Shown: positions 37,294-47,746 of the stretch, piece after piece
Numbering within the stretch: the stretch's first letter is position 1
How the letters are laid out: each line of letters starts with the position of its first letter
Assembly (NCBI GenBank): GCA_016432285.1
Contig: CP066682.1
Coordinates: 118,434-182,433 of the forward strand
Length of the DNA: 64,000 nucleotides
Source: Candidatus Kaiserbacteria bacterium
GTDB taxonomy: Bacteria > Patescibacteriota > Minisyncoccia > Phycocordibacterales > UBA2100
Direction of reading: 5' to 3'
Notes under the pieces: generated by a model
Databases searched by the model: none
What the model saw: the letters and a program-made list of their open reading frames with translations, nothing else
Told to the model about the DNA's origin: nothing
Translations under genes and position numbers: made by a program

Positions 37294-38571
37294 TTACTCC
37301 GTCTGCTTCTCTACATCTGGAGAGGCGATGTCACGATCCTGCGGAATATCTTCGGTGATCGTGTCTTCTTCGGCGGGAAGCTCTTTGCCGCTTTCTGTTT
37401 CTCCAGCGGGTACTTCCTTCGCCTCCTCTTTCTTCTTTAGCGCGCCGCCTTCTTCGGTGCCGGCGACCTGTTCGCCGCTCATGGAGCGGATGTCGATCTT
37501 CCAGCCGGTGAGGCGTGCGGCGAGGCGGACGTTTTGTCCGCCGCGGCCGATCGCGAGCGACTGCTGATCCTCGGCCACCTGCACGACCGCGCGTCCTTCT
37601 TCTTCAAAGAGTTCGATCCCTAAGACCTGCGCGGGCTTGAGCGCTTCTTTCACGTAATCTCCCGCAGTTTCGCTCCACTCCACAACATCGATTTTTTCGC
37701 CGCCGAGCTCCGAGGTGACCACCGCGACGCGAACGCCCCGCTGGCCGACAAGCGCGCCAACCGGGTCGACGTGCTCGTCGCTCGATTTCACCGCGATCTT
37801 GGCGCGCGATCCCGGTTCGCGGACGATGCCCTTCACTTCCACGACACCGCTCGCCATTTCCGGCACTTCGGCTTCAAAAAGCTTCGTGAGAAAACGCGGG
37901 TGCGAGCGCGAGAGGCGGATGAAGGTGCCCCGCACGCCTTCGTCGACTCGGAGCAGAAGCGCGCGCACGCGCTCGCCCTGGCGGTAGCGCTCGCCCGGGA
38001 TCTGTTCGTCGTAGGGGAGGATGGCGGTCGCGCGTCCGAGATCGATGTAGAGATTGCCGCGCTCGAAGCGCTGCACGTGGCCCGTCACGATCTCGCCTTC
38101 GCGTTCGCCATATTCGGAAATGATGGAGGCGCGCTCCGCTTCGCGCACCTTTTGCATGATCACTTGCTTCGCGGCCTGCGCGGCGATGCGGCCAAAATCT
38201 TCGCGCGTTTCGAGCGGGAAGGAGATCTCCTCGTCGAGCTGAGCGTCGCGCTTAATGCGTCGCGCGTCTTCTATCATGATGTGCTGCTCGGGATTGAAGC
38301 GGGAGCGCTGGTCGTCTTCGCCCTTCTGCTCCTCGTCTTCCTTCCGCACGAGCGTTTCGTCGACGACGATTTTCGCCTGTCGGAATTCCATTTCGCCCGT
38401 CTGCGGATTAAAGGTGGCGCGGATGATCTGCCCGCGCTTGCCGTATTCGCGGCGGTAGGCGGCGGCGAGCGCCGTCGCCAAAGCTTCGATCACGCTCTCG
38501 CGGCTGATGCCGCGCTCCTGCTGGAGCTCGTCGAGAGCGGAGTTGAGTGATTTGAGGTCAAAGAGAGCCAT
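37294..38571 (-). CDS. nusA: Transcription termination factor NusA
   Basis: FGRIAAQAAKQ, S1 domain, REPGSRAKIAV and AIGRGGQNVRLA. Confidence 0.97.
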   Translation of the reverse strand: MALFDLKSLNSALDELQQERGISRESVIEALATALAAAYRREYGKRGQIIRATFNPQTGEMEFRQAKIVVDETLVRKEDEEQKGEDDQRSRFNPEQHIMIEDARRIKRDAQLDEEISFPLETREDFGRIAAQAAKQVIMQKVREAERASIISEYGEREGEIVTGHVQRFERGNLYIDLGRATAILPYDEQIPGERYRQGERVRALLLRVDEGVRGTFIRLSRSHPRFLTKLFEAEVPEMASGVVEVKGIVREPGSRAKIAVKSSDEHVDPVGALVGQRGVRVAVVTSELGGEKIDVVEWSETAGDYVKEALKPAQVLGIELFEEEGRAVVQVAEDQQSLAIGRGGQNVRLAARLTGWKIDIRSMSGEQVAGTEEGGALKKKEEAKEVPAGETESGKELPAEEDTITEDIPQDRDIASPDVEKQTE

Positions 38572-38747
38572 ATGGATTATGTTGTGCCAACCTTACTTTC
38601 AATAAAAATTCCGGCACAAGCCGGAACGATGAAGGAAATGTACCCCCGTTCCTCGGGCCTGTCAACGAGGTATCGATCTCGCCTCGGGGCGGGGTAACGC
38701 AGCAAGCCGCCGCATCGTCTGCGCATGCGCGGTGCTATACTTTTTGC

Positions 38748-40487
38748 ATGTACATCAGCGATACGCACCTTCGCTCGTTTCTCGCCGATGCGGGACTCGT
38801 TTCACAAAAAGATTTCGATGCCGCGGAGACGGAAGCCAAGGAGAGCGGTAAATCCGTCGGCGACATTCTCACCGCGCACAACGCGATCGGCGAAGACGAG
38901 CTCCGGCGCACGTATGCGTACATTCTCGGTATTCCGTTTGTCTCGCTCTCAGGCACCGCCATCAAGTACGACACGCTCGCACTGATCCCGGAGCCGGTGG
39001 CGCGCCGCAACAACATCATCGCGTATGCGCACAAGGGCGACGAGCTCGAAGTTGCCATGCTCGACACCGACGACTTGGCCGCGATCGATTTCATCAAAAA
39101 GAAGACGCGCCTCAAAGTGATGCCGCGGCTCACCGACGTCGCTTCGATCAAGTTCGCCCTCAAGCAGTACCAGCAGGGATTGAAAGACAACCTCGGCGAC
39201 GTGATCGAGCGCGAGACGCGCGCGCTCGAAAAGCAAACCGGCGAGGGCGGGGAGAAGGAGCTGCGGGAAATGGCCGAAGGCACGTCCGCAGTGCGCATCG
39301 TCGACACCTTGCTGCGGCACGCCAACGCGCAGAACGCCTCCGACATCCACATCGAGCCGCTCGAAGATTCGCTCCTCATCCGCTACCGCATCGACGGTCT
39401 CCTCCACGACGCCATGGAGCTCCCAAAGCATGCGGCGGCCGCGATCACCGCGCGCGTCAAGGTGCTCGCCAACATGCGCCTCGACGAACACCGTCTGCCG
39501 CAAGACGGGCGCTTCGGGGTGGAGGCCGGCGCGGAGAAAATTTCATTCCGCGTGTCGGTGCTGCCCACCTACTACGGCGAAAAAATCGTGATGCGCCTTT
39601 TGCGCGACTCGATCTCCGGCTTCACGCTGGAGTCGATCGGCTTTCATGGCACCGCGCTGGAGCACATGCACGAAGCGATGAAAGCAACGACCGGCATGAT
39701 CTTGGCGTGCGGCCCCACGGGCGCAGGCAAATCCACCACGCTCTACACGCTTCTCGACATCGTCAACACGCCCGACGTCAACATCTCGACGATCGAGGAT
39801 CCGATCGAGTATCAGATGAAACGCATCAATCAAACGCAGGTGCGGCCCGAGATCGGCTTTACCTTCGCCAACGGCCTGCGCACGCTCGTGCGCCAGGATC
39901 CGGACATCATCATGGTGGGCGAGATCCGCGACAAAGAGACCGCGTCGCTCGCGATCAATGCGGCGCTCACCGGCCACCTCGTGCTCTCGACGCTGCACAC
40001 CAACTCCGCTGCGGGCGCGATTCCGCGCCTCCTTGATATGGGCGTCGAGCCTTTCCTCCTTGTTTCCACGTTGCGGATCTGCATCGGGCAGCGGCTCGTG
40101 AGAAAGCTCACCGCATCGCGCGAAAAGTACGAGCTCTCGCGCGACGAGCAGGCGCAGCTCGAAAAAAACATCGACCCGGCGGTCATCTTGAAAGTGCTGA
40201 AGGAAGAAAAATCTGTTCCGAAGGACGCCACGTGGAAAAACGTGCCGTTTTATAAACCAAAACCCTCGACCGACGCACCCTCGGGCTACGCCGGACGCAT
40301 CGGCATCTATGAAACGCTCGCGGTAAGCCCGGCGATCAAGGAGCTCGTTATGAAAAGCGCCACCGACGACGCGCTCTACAAGCAGGCTCGCAGCGAAGGC
40401 ATGCTCACCATGGCCGAAGATGGCATCGTCAAAGCTGCACAGGGAATAACGACAATCGAAGAAGTGCTTCGCGTGGTTACGGAATAG
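38748..40487 (+). CDS. pilB: Type IV pilus assembly ATPase (PilB/GspE)
   Basis: ASDIHIEP, GPTGAGKSTT, RQDPDIIMVGEIRD and LSTLHTN motifs. Confidence 0.93.
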   Translation: MYISDTHLRSFLADAGLVSQKDFDAAETEAKESGKSVGDILTAHNAIGEDELRRTYAYILGIPFVSLSGTAIKYDTLALIPEPVARRNNIIAYAHKGDELEVAMLDTDDLAAIDFIKKKTRLKVMPRLTDVASIKFALKQYQQGLKDNLGDVIERETRALEKQTGEGGEKELREMAEGTSAVRIVDTLLRHANAQNASDIHIEPLEDSLLIRYRIDGLLHDAMELPKHAAAAITARVKVLANMRLDEHRLPQDGRFGVEAGAEKISFRVSVLPTYYGEKIVMRLLRDSISGFTLESIGFHGTALEHMHEAMKATTGMILACGPTGAGKSTTLYTLLDIVNTPDVNISTIEDPIEYQMKRINQTQVRPEIGFTFANGLRTLVRQDPDIIMVGEIRDKETASLAINAALTGHLVLSTLHTNSAAGAIPRLLDMGVEPFLLVSTLRICIGQRLVRKLTASREKYELSRDEQAQLEKNIDPAVILKVLKEEKSVPKDATWKNVPFYKPKPSTDAPSGYAGRIGIYETLAVSPAIKELVMKSATDDALYKQARSEGMLTMAEDGIVKAAQGITTIEEVLRVVTE

Positions 40488-40526
40488 CGAACGTGAACGC
40501 GTTGTTTCGATGGTACTCTTTTTGGC

Positions 40527-42128
40527 ATGAGAGAGGACCAGCGGCCTGACAAAGTCCGTCAAACACGTACCGAACATATTCGAGATCAGCGAAGCAGGTT
40601 GCAGGATCTGGCCGAAGCGGCCAAGCAACTTGGCGATTTCGAGCACGATGCCGCCGCAAAGCGGAGCAGCAATGAACCCGAGAGCCCAGAGTTTGCCGTA
40701 CTCCGGCAGAAAGTCGCGAAGCGGCTTGACATGCAAATGCCATTCCTGCGAACCTCCCTTGCCGACGAACGTTTGACCCCTCAAGCGCTCGGTGTTTTTC
40801 ATCGCCTCTTTGCGACCCGGGAGTTTGAAAAAAAGGCCGCTGATAGCATCGCGGAATGCGCGGACCATTTGGCAAAAAGTATAAAAGGCTACACCCCTTA
40901 TATGGGGCACGTCATTCAATTGTTTGGCGAGGCATTCGCAGTCCTGGAACGCGAAGCGAATATGACGGACCCACTGACCCCTGGTGGAGAGAAAATCCGA
41001 GCAGCGCTCGATAGTGCGGGACCGGAGCTCGAGATATTTTTTAGCAAAGCCAATGTACCTGCGGGCGACGTGATCAAAGATCGATTGAAAGTACTCGGTC
41101 TACTCTTACAGATAGGTGATCCAACAAAAACCGAGTGGGCGATTGAAGCCGCCGCTGAGCATATTGCATTGGTTTTACGCAACAACGAGTATGTCCCACA
41201 CTTTTCGACGACCGCGTTACTCGACGTTCTGGGGAAACAATCAATTTCGCACATGCTCGAGAGGCCTGTACCCATGAGTGCAGTGACGAGGTATGACGTT
41301 GAGGCCATGCTTCAAGACCTCCGCTACGAGCAAGCGAGAAAGGTTATGGCGTCCACCATGGCACAGTTCGGGCTACCGGCAGATGAGTACACGCACGAGA
41401 GCTTCGGGTACCATATTCTTGATCAGTTCGAGCTTATTCAGAAACTCGAGTCCGAACGTCCAGGGGCCGTTGCGGAGTTACATGAGCGCTTCGGAATTCG
41501 TTGGTTTACGCGCTACGGTGCGGAAGTACTCAAGGCTCAGTACGATCAACGTGATAAGGTCGACCAGAAGTACGGGGTTTTCCTCGCGGCAGCATACGAT
41601 CACAATGCTGGAACGTTTCAGAAAAATGATCAGACAGTCGTGTCGAGTGTTGCGTGGCAACTCAAACAACTCGGATATGCGCTACGCATCATCGAATGCG
41701 ACAGTAAGCAGGAGGTCGAATACTACTTCGGGGAATTCAAGAAAAAATACGGACCATCAAGAAAGGCGTCGTTCCTATTCATTCGCGCACATTCATGGCG
41801 TCAGCATTTGGAATTCGGACCTGATGAAAATGGTGGTGACATCGATGTGGACGATATTATGGGAGGACTCGGCGCCGGGCCTGAATTGTTCGTAGAGGAG
41901 CCTACTTTTATTCTTGACGGGTGCTCGTTGGGTCGCCGCGGGGGGATCGGAGAGAAAGCATCGGAAAGATTTTCAGCGCTCGTGTTTGCCCCAAAAAGCA
42001 CTGCCAGTGCTCTCACCAAAGTCGATATCACCGAATCAAACGGAAGACTTGCGTTTAGCGCTGAGTACGAAGATCATCAAGATAAAAAAGTTTCGCCGCG
42101 TGTGTACATTAGAGGTCGGAAACGATAA
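40527..42128 (+). CDS. Hypothetical protein with a possible C-terminal clan CD protease-like domain
   Basis: Long ORF, less GC-rich than its neighbours; FLFIRAHS...FILDGCS. Confidence 0.65.
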   Translation: MREDQRPDKVRQTRTEHIRDQRSRLQDLAEAAKQLGDFEHDAAAKRSSNEPESPEFAVLRQKVAKRLDMQMPFLRTSLADERLTPQALGVFHRLFATREFEKKAADSIAECADHLAKSIKGYTPYMGHVIQLFGEAFAVLEREANMTDPLTPGGEKIRAALDSAGPELEIFFSKANVPAGDVIKDRLKVLGLLLQIGDPTKTEWAIEAAAEHIALVLRNNEYVPHFSTTALLDVLGKQSISHMLERPVPMSAVTRYDVEAMLQDLRYEQARKVMASTMAQFGLPADEYTHESFGYHILDQFELIQKLESERPGAVAELHERFGIRWFTRYGAEVLKAQYDQRDKVDQKYGVFLAAAYDHNAGTFQKNDQTVVSSVAWQLKQLGYALRIIECDSKQEVEYYFGEFKKKYGPSRKASFLFIRAHSWRQHLEFGPDENGGDIDVDDIMGGLGAGPELFVEEPTFILDGCSLGRRGGIGEKASERFSALVFAPKSTASALTKVDITESNGRLAFSAEYEDHQDKKVSPRVYIRGRKR

Positions 42129-42199
42129 GTCGGCCCGAACTCCACATTTTCTCGAAAAGAAGCCGCTCGGGCGCCGCTTTCTCATCTATAATTGAGTGA

Positions 42200-43420
42200 A
42201 TGGCGCGCTTCAACTACACGGCCGAAAAGCCGGACGGAGAGATCTACACCGGCGTCGCCGATGCCAAGGATCGCTTTGAGCTCTACTCGATCGTCCGCAA
42301 AGAGGGCGGCCACATCGTCTCGATCGCGGAAGAATCCGGCAATAAGTGGCTGAGCCTCTCGTACCTCAACTCAAAGTTCGGGAGCGTGAAGGAGTACGAC
42401 AAGATTCTCCTGGCCCGCAACCTCGGTGCCATGCTCTCGGCCGGCCTCGCGCTCGCGCGGGCGCTCGCGGTCTTGGAGCGGCAGACGAAAAATCCGAAGC
42501 TGCGGAACGTGATCGGCGAGGTCGCGAGCAGTGTGAGGCGCGGCGACACGCTCCACGACGCGCTTTCAAAATTCCCCAACGTCTTCAGCAATCTTTTCGT
42601 GGCCATGGTGCGCGCGGGTGAAGAGGGCGGCACACTCCCCGACGCGCTTTCGGTCGTCTCCGAGCAGATGGAGCGCATGTACCAACTCAAAAAGAAGATC
42701 AAAAGCGCGATGATCTATCCGTGCATCATCATCATCGCGATCATCGGCATCGGCGTCCTCATGATGATCAAGGTGGTGCCCACGCTCGCGCAGACCTTTC
42801 GCGAGGTCAACGCCGAACTTCCCCCGTCGACGCAGTTCGTGATCGGCGTGAGCGACTTTTTGGTGCAGTACACGGTGGTCGCAATCGGACTCGCGGGCGG
42901 CGCGCTCGCGCTCTTCTATTTTGCGCTGCGTACGCCGATCGGTCGGCGCACGCTCGATTTCGTGATCCTGCACCTGCCGCTCATCAGTCCCATGGTGCGC
43001 GAGGTGAATGCGGCGCGCACCTCGCGTACGCTCGCCTCGCTCCTCTCCTCTGGGGTCGACGTGATCGCCTCGCTCGAGATCACGGGGCAGGTGGTCCAGA
43101 ACCATTACTTCAAAGGAGTGATCGACGACGCGAAGCGTGGTGTCGGGCAGGGCGAGCCGCTCTCCGCTGCGTTTGTGCGCCGCGAAGATCTCTATCCGCC
43201 GTTTGTGGGCGAGATGATGTCGGTCGGCGAAGAGACAGGAGCGCTCTCGGAGATGCTGAAGCGACTCGCGGTTTTCTACGAAGACGAAGTCGACCGCAAG
43301 ACGAAAGACATGTCGACGATCGTCGAGCCCTTCCTCATGGTCATCATCGGGCTCGCCGTCGGATTTTTCGCGGTTTCGATGATTACCCCAATCTACTCCT
43401 TGTCGCAATCGATCGGATAG
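42200..43420 (+). CDS. pilC: Type IV pilus platform protein (PilC/GspF)
   Basis: MVRAGEEGG, AMIYP, VGEETG and IVEP motifs. Confidence 0.94.
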   Translation: MARFNYTAEKPDGEIYTGVADAKDRFELYSIVRKEGGHIVSIAEESGNKWLSLSYLNSKFGSVKEYDKILLARNLGAMLSAGLALARALAVLERQTKNPKLRNVIGEVASSVRRGDTLHDALSKFPNVFSNLFVAMVRAGEEGGTLPDALSVVSEQMERMYQLKKKIKSAMIYPCIIIIAIIGIGVLMMIKVVPTLAQTFREVNAELPPSTQFVIGVSDFLVQYTVVAIGLAGGALALFYFALRTPIGRRTLDFVILHLPLISPMVREVNAARTSRTLASLLSSGVDVIASLEITGQVVQNHYFKGVIDDAKRGVGQGEPLSAAFVRREDLYPPFVGEMMSVGEETGALSEMLKRLAVFYEDEVDRKTKDMSTIVEPFLMVIIGLAVGFFAVSMITPIYSLSQSIG

Positions 43421-43433
43421 GATTTTTGCGTGT

Positions 43434-44780
43434 ATGCGGTTCTTTCATGGAGCGATACATCGGCAACGTGGGATGACGCTCATCGATACGATGGTCGGCA
43501 GCGCGCTCCTTCTCATCGTGTTTGTCGGTGTCGCCGGCGTCTTTCAGCTTTCGGTCGACGTGGTAACCAACAACAAATCGCGCGCCGGTGCGATCGCGCT
43601 CGCCGCCGAGCGCATGGAATACGTGCGAAGTCTCTCATACTCCTCGATCGGCACCTCGGGCGGCATTCCCTCGGGCGCGCTCGCGCAGTCGGAGACGATC
43701 ACGCTCAACAACACCGACTATACGAGACGCACGACGATTCTCTACGGAGACGATCCGTACGACGGACTTGCCGGTGCCGACACCTACCCGTCAGAAAGCC
43801 CCACGCCGCTCGACTACAAGAGCGTGCGCGTCGACGTCTCGTGGACCTCGCGGATCGGTGAGCGGCATATCACGCTCGTTACGCGCATCGAGCCGCGCAA
43901 CGGCACCGAAGTTTCATGCACCGCGCCGTGCGGCGCGATCTCTGTCTACGTGGTCAACGCGGCTTCGCAGCCCGTGCAGAACGCGCGCGTGGACATCATC
44001 AACAGCACCGTGAACCCCACGGTGAGCCTCACGACCTACACCAACACCGATGGCGTCGCGTCGCTGCTCGGCGCGCCCGTCGGGTCCGGCTACTCGATCG
44101 TCATCACGAAAACGGGCTACTCGTCGGATCAAACATGGGGATCGAGCGGGCAGAACCCGTCGCCTTCTCCACCGCACGTCTCGGTGGCCAACAACCAGAC
44201 GACCTCCATGACATTTGCGATCGACTACCTCGCGTCGAAGACGGTCGTTACGAGATCGCAGGCGACCGGCGGCGGACTCGCGGCCGTTCCGTTCACGCTC
44301 CGGGGCAACAAGTACATCGGCTCCAATCCTACGGTCTACAAGTTCGAGGAGGTTCTCGGAAACGGTGGCACCGGCACGACCACGCTCGCGAACATGGAGT
44401 GGGATACGTACGCGATCTCGATCGACCCCTCCACCGGATACGACATCGCTTCATCGTGCGACGCACCGCAGCCGCAGTACCTCGCGCCTGCGTCGAGCCA
44501 AACGACGGTGCTCTACCTTGCGGCTCACACGAGCGATTCGCTGCTTGTCGACGTACGTACGAATACTGGGGTGCTCGTGCCGGGCGCCACGGTACGGCTC
44601 GAAAAAAATCCCAGTATCGACACGACGCTCACAAGCGACCTCTGCGGACAGGCATTTTTTTCGTCGCTTTCAAACGGCGGAAACTACTCGCTCACCATCA
44701 GCGCTGCGGGCTACACACAAAAGACGTTCACGAACGTCAACGTCAACGGCACGAGCGTTTTCTCCGCCCCCTTTGATTGA
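43434..44780 (+). CDS. Minor pilin-like protein with carboxypeptidase-regulatory-like Ig repeats
   Basis: RG/MTLID prepilin site; Ig-like PVQNARV and VPGATVRL repeats. Confidence 0.8.
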   Translation: MRFFHGAIHRQRGMTLIDTMVGSALLLIVFVGVAGVFQLSVDVVTNNKSRAGAIALAAERMEYVRSLSYSSIGTSGGIPSGALAQSETITLNNTDYTRRTTILYGDDPYDGLAGADTYPSESPTPLDYKSVRVDVSWTSRIGERHITLVTRIEPRNGTEVSCTAPCGAISVYVVNAASQPVQNARVDIINSTVNPTVSLTTYTNTDGVASLLGAPVGSGYSIVITKTGYSSDQTWGSSGQNPSPSPPHVSVANNQTTSMTFAIDYLASKTVVTRSQATGGGLAAVPFTLRGNKYIGSNPTVYKFEEVLGNGGTGTTTLANMEWDTYAISIDPSTGYDIASSCDAPQPQYLAPASSQTTVLYLAAHTSDSLLVDVRTNTGVLVPGATVRLEKNPSIDTTLTSDLCGQAFFSSLSNGGNYSLTISAAGYTQKTFTNVNVNGTSVFSAPFD

Positions 44781-44781
44781 T

Positions 44782-45381
44782 ATGCAGAAAGAACGAGGAG
44801 TCACCATGCTTGAAACGGTCGTGTGGATCGGCGTCTTCATTGCTGTCCTAACGGCGATTCTCTCCTCGATCATTTACTTCTACCGCACAAGCGGATATGC
44901 GATCGAGCAGGCATCCGCCACCGCATCGGCGCAGCGCGGCATCGATACCATGGTACGAATCGTGCGCGAAGCCTCGTATGGAAGCGACGGCTCTTATCCG
45001 ATCGTCTCCATGTCCACGTCGTCCATCGTTTTCTATGCCGACGTCGATACCGATCCGGCGATCGAGAAAGTGCGCTTCTACGTGGCCACCACGAGCTTCA
45101 ATTTTCAGACGCTCAATCAGGGCATCGTGAACCCTGTGGGCGATCCGCCTGCCTACACGGGCGCGGAGGCCACCTCGACGCTTTCGGAATATGTGCACAA
45201 CATCGATCAGGGAATCAGCGCCTTTACCTACTACGACAAAAACGGCGCTGAGATCACCGACCTCACGAAGGTCGCCGATCTCCGCTTCCTCACGCTCACG
45301 GTCGTCGTCGACGTCAACCCGATCAAATCTCCTACGCTCCTCACCTTCCGCTCGTCGGCGGCGCTCCGCAACATCAGATGA
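44782..45381 (+). CDS. Minor pilin (PilW-like)
   Basis: RG/VTMLE prepilin cleavage site; ends ALRN. Confidence 0.82.
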   Translation: MQKERGVTMLETVVWIGVFIAVLTAILSSIIYFYRTSGYAIEQASATASAQRGIDTMVRIVREASYGSDGSYPIVSMSTSSIVFYADVDTDPAIEKVRFYVATTSFNFQTLNQGIVNPVGDPPAYTGAEATSTLSEYVHNIDQGISAFTYYDKNGAEITDLTKVADLRFLTLTVVVDVNPIKSPTLLTFRSSAALRNIR

Positions 45382-45382
45382 T

Positions 45383-46855
45383 ATGAGACCGATCATGCAA
45401 AAATCTTCGCGCGGCGTTACGACGCTCATCGTCGTCGCGTTCATGGGCATCTTCCTCATCGTTATGGGCACGATCACGAGCTACGTCTTCGAGCAGGCCA
45501 AGTACGGCCGCGCGCTCCACGCGCGCGAGCAGGCAATCGCGATCGCCGAGTCAGGTCTCGAATACTACAAATGGTTCCTCGCGCACAATCCCGCTATCTT
45601 GGTGAGTGGTAGCGGACTCATCTCGCCCTACACGCACTCGGTGAGCGACCCCGAAGGGGGAGCGGTCGGAAGCGCCGAGATTACGGCGACGTCGGCGCTT
45701 CAGTGCAATCGCGTGCAGTGGATCGATCTCGAATCGAAGGGCACCGCCGCTATCGACACGCGCTTCCCGCGGACGATTCTCGCCCGCTACATGCGCCCGT
45801 CCGTCGCCGAATACGCCTTCCTCCTCAATTCCAACGTGTGGTTTACGTCGAGCAATTTAAGCAACGGCCCCTACTTCTCCAACGGCGGTATCCGGCAGGA
45901 TGGTCTCAACAACTCCACAGTCTCGAGCGCTGTTTCCACGTGGAACTGCACCACGAGCTACAACTGCAACCCGGCGCAGCCGAGCGCTCCCGGCGTTGTC
46001 GGATCGGGTCCGGGCTTCGCGCTCTGGCAGTATCCTGTGGCGTCGATCGATTTTGCAGGTGTCGCATCCAACTTCGGCACGCTCCAAACCCTCGCGAATA
46101 CGAGCGGCATCTATCTTTCTGGCACCGCAACGTACGTGGCGGGCGCGCAGCAGGGATCGAGCTACTCCTCGGTCGCCGCGAGCGATCAGCGCGGCTATCA
46201 CCTCGTCTTCAATTCCAATGGCACCGTCACGATCTACCGCGTGACGGCGACGAACGGGTCGACGCAGGGGTACCGCACCGAGACCGGGCAGTGGCACCTC
46301 GAGTACGATGTGATCACCGGTGAGACGCTCCTCGGCACCTTCACGCCGCCCTCCGGATGTTCGGTGATTTATGTGAATGCGAAAGCGTGGATCGAAGGGA
46401 CAGTCTCGGGGAAGGTGACGGTCGTCGCGGCCGACACCGGCAACTACGCACCAGACGTGCTGCCGGTAAATAACATCGGCTACACGACGACCGACGGATC
46501 GACCGGGCTCACGGTGATCGCGGAGCATTCGATCCGCTTTCCGATCAACGTCCCAAACACGATGACGCTCCGCGGCATCTTCGTGGCGCAGTCAGGCTAC
46601 TACGGCCGCGACTACTACTACGCGGGATACACCGGCGGCTACGATTCGTACATTTTGCGCAGCTCTCTCACGGTCGCAGGATCGATCGCTTCCAACGTGC
46701 GCGCGGGTACCGTGTGGTTCGACAGCTACGGCAACGTGACCAACGGCTTTCAAACGCGCACCAACACGTACGACCAGATACTGGCCTTCAGCCCGCCGCC
46801 GTTTACGCCTTCGACCTCCGTCGACTACGGCCTCGTGCTCTGGCGCGAGCAATGA
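45383..46855 (+). CDS. PilX-like minor pilin
   Basis: RG/VTTLI, QAIAIAESGLE and C-terminal PPPF...WRE. Confidence 0.8.
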   Translation: MRPIMQKSSRGVTTLIVVAFMGIFLIVMGTITSYVFEQAKYGRALHAREQAIAIAESGLEYYKWFLAHNPAILVSGSGLISPYTHSVSDPEGGAVGSAEITATSALQCNRVQWIDLESKGTAAIDTRFPRTILARYMRPSVAEYAFLLNSNVWFTSSNLSNGPYFSNGGIRQDGLNNSTVSSAVSTWNCTTSYNCNPAQPSAPGVVGSGPGFALWQYPVASIDFAGVASNFGTLQTLANTSGIYLSGTATYVAGAQQGSSYSSVAASDQRGYHLVFNSNGTVTIYRVTATNGSTQGYRTETGQWHLEYDVITGETLLGTFTPPSGCSVIYVNAKAWIEGTVSGKVTVVAADTGNYAPDVLPVNNIGYTTTDGSTGLTVIAEHSIRFPINVPNTMTLRGIFVAQSGYYGRDYYYAGYTGGYDSYILRSSLTVAGSIASNVRAGTVWFDSYGNVTNGFQTRTNTYDQILAFSPPPFTPSTSVDYGLVLWREQ

Positions 46856-46949
46856 TACTTGCTTTTTTGTATTTTCCTGACATAATTTCGCCGGTTTAGA
46901 GAGATGAAATCGCCGCAATCCGCGGCGATCAAGTTGAAGAGGTTCTGAA

Positions 46950-47666
46950 ATGAACAAGCGTATCCTGATGGCCTCTGCGGCCATCCCCGTGTTCGCCGTC
47001 GCGTACGGCGGATCGGTCTCGCTCGATCCGCAGGATGTGCGGATCGCGCTCGTGGGCGATGCGTCGGCACAGGGGATCTGTTGCGGTCCGGGAGGACCGC
47101 CTCCCGGCGGTGGCGGATCGTCAACTCCCGGTGCCACAGAAGGCAAGGGCGGTGGCGGCCACAAGAGCAATGCCGGTACCGGTAAAACCGCAGTCGGTTG
47201 CATCTGGTCGTCGGCGTTCTCAACGTGGAACGGCGCGCGTTGGCAAGGCGCCAGTCTCACCGATCCGCGCAGCATGACTGCCCGCGAATCGGCCGTGAAC
47301 ATGATCAAGGGCTGCGTGGCGACTGCGGTGTTCGCCGGAGCCTGGCTGCCGTATCGCGACAATGATCGTGTGTTGCAGGCGGCACGGCTGGAGACGGTCT
47401 GGGAGAACACCGAGCAAGGCAGAAGCTTCGCGCAAACATGCATGCGTGGTGCGGCCGACGGCTGCAACACGAACGGCAAGCAGGAGCTCTGGGTGGGGCA
47501 GTGGTATGCCTACCACCACAACGCTTTGCCCAAGGGCTTCGCGAAGAAGCTCCAGAAGCAAGGCATTCAAGTTACCGCACGCATGGTGCGGCAGGCCGAG
47601 AAGCCTCTCATTGGCAAGAACGCTGCGGTTACGTTCAACGCCAAGAAGAAGCATAAGCACGGCTGA
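46950..47666 (+). CDS. Hypothetical secreted Cys/Gly-rich protein
   Basis: GAGG SD, signal peptide and its own terminator at ~47691-47731. Confidence 0.65.
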   Translation: MNKRILMASAAIPVFAVAYGGSVSLDPQDVRIALVGDASAQGICCGPGGPPPGGGGSSTPGATEGKGGGGHKSNAGTGKTAVGCIWSSAFSTWNGARWQGASLTDPRSMTARESAVNMIKGCVATAVFAGAWLPYRDNDRVLQAARLETVWENTEQGRSFAQTCMRGAADGCNTNGKQELWVGQWYAYHHNALPKGFAKKLQKQGIQVTARMVRQAEKPLIGKNAAVTFNAKKKHKHG

Positions 47667-47746
47667 CGCTCACCGCGTCGGCAACGAGTCAAACGAGTAC
47701 GGTCCCCGCGGCCCGTACTCGTTTTCTTTTTTGGTATACTGGCAGC

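Noticed and set aside
39543-40919. 458-aa minus-strand ORF and similar long antisense ORFs over rarA, xer, comEC and recJ
   Set aside because: Shadow frames of well-supported genes on the other strand.
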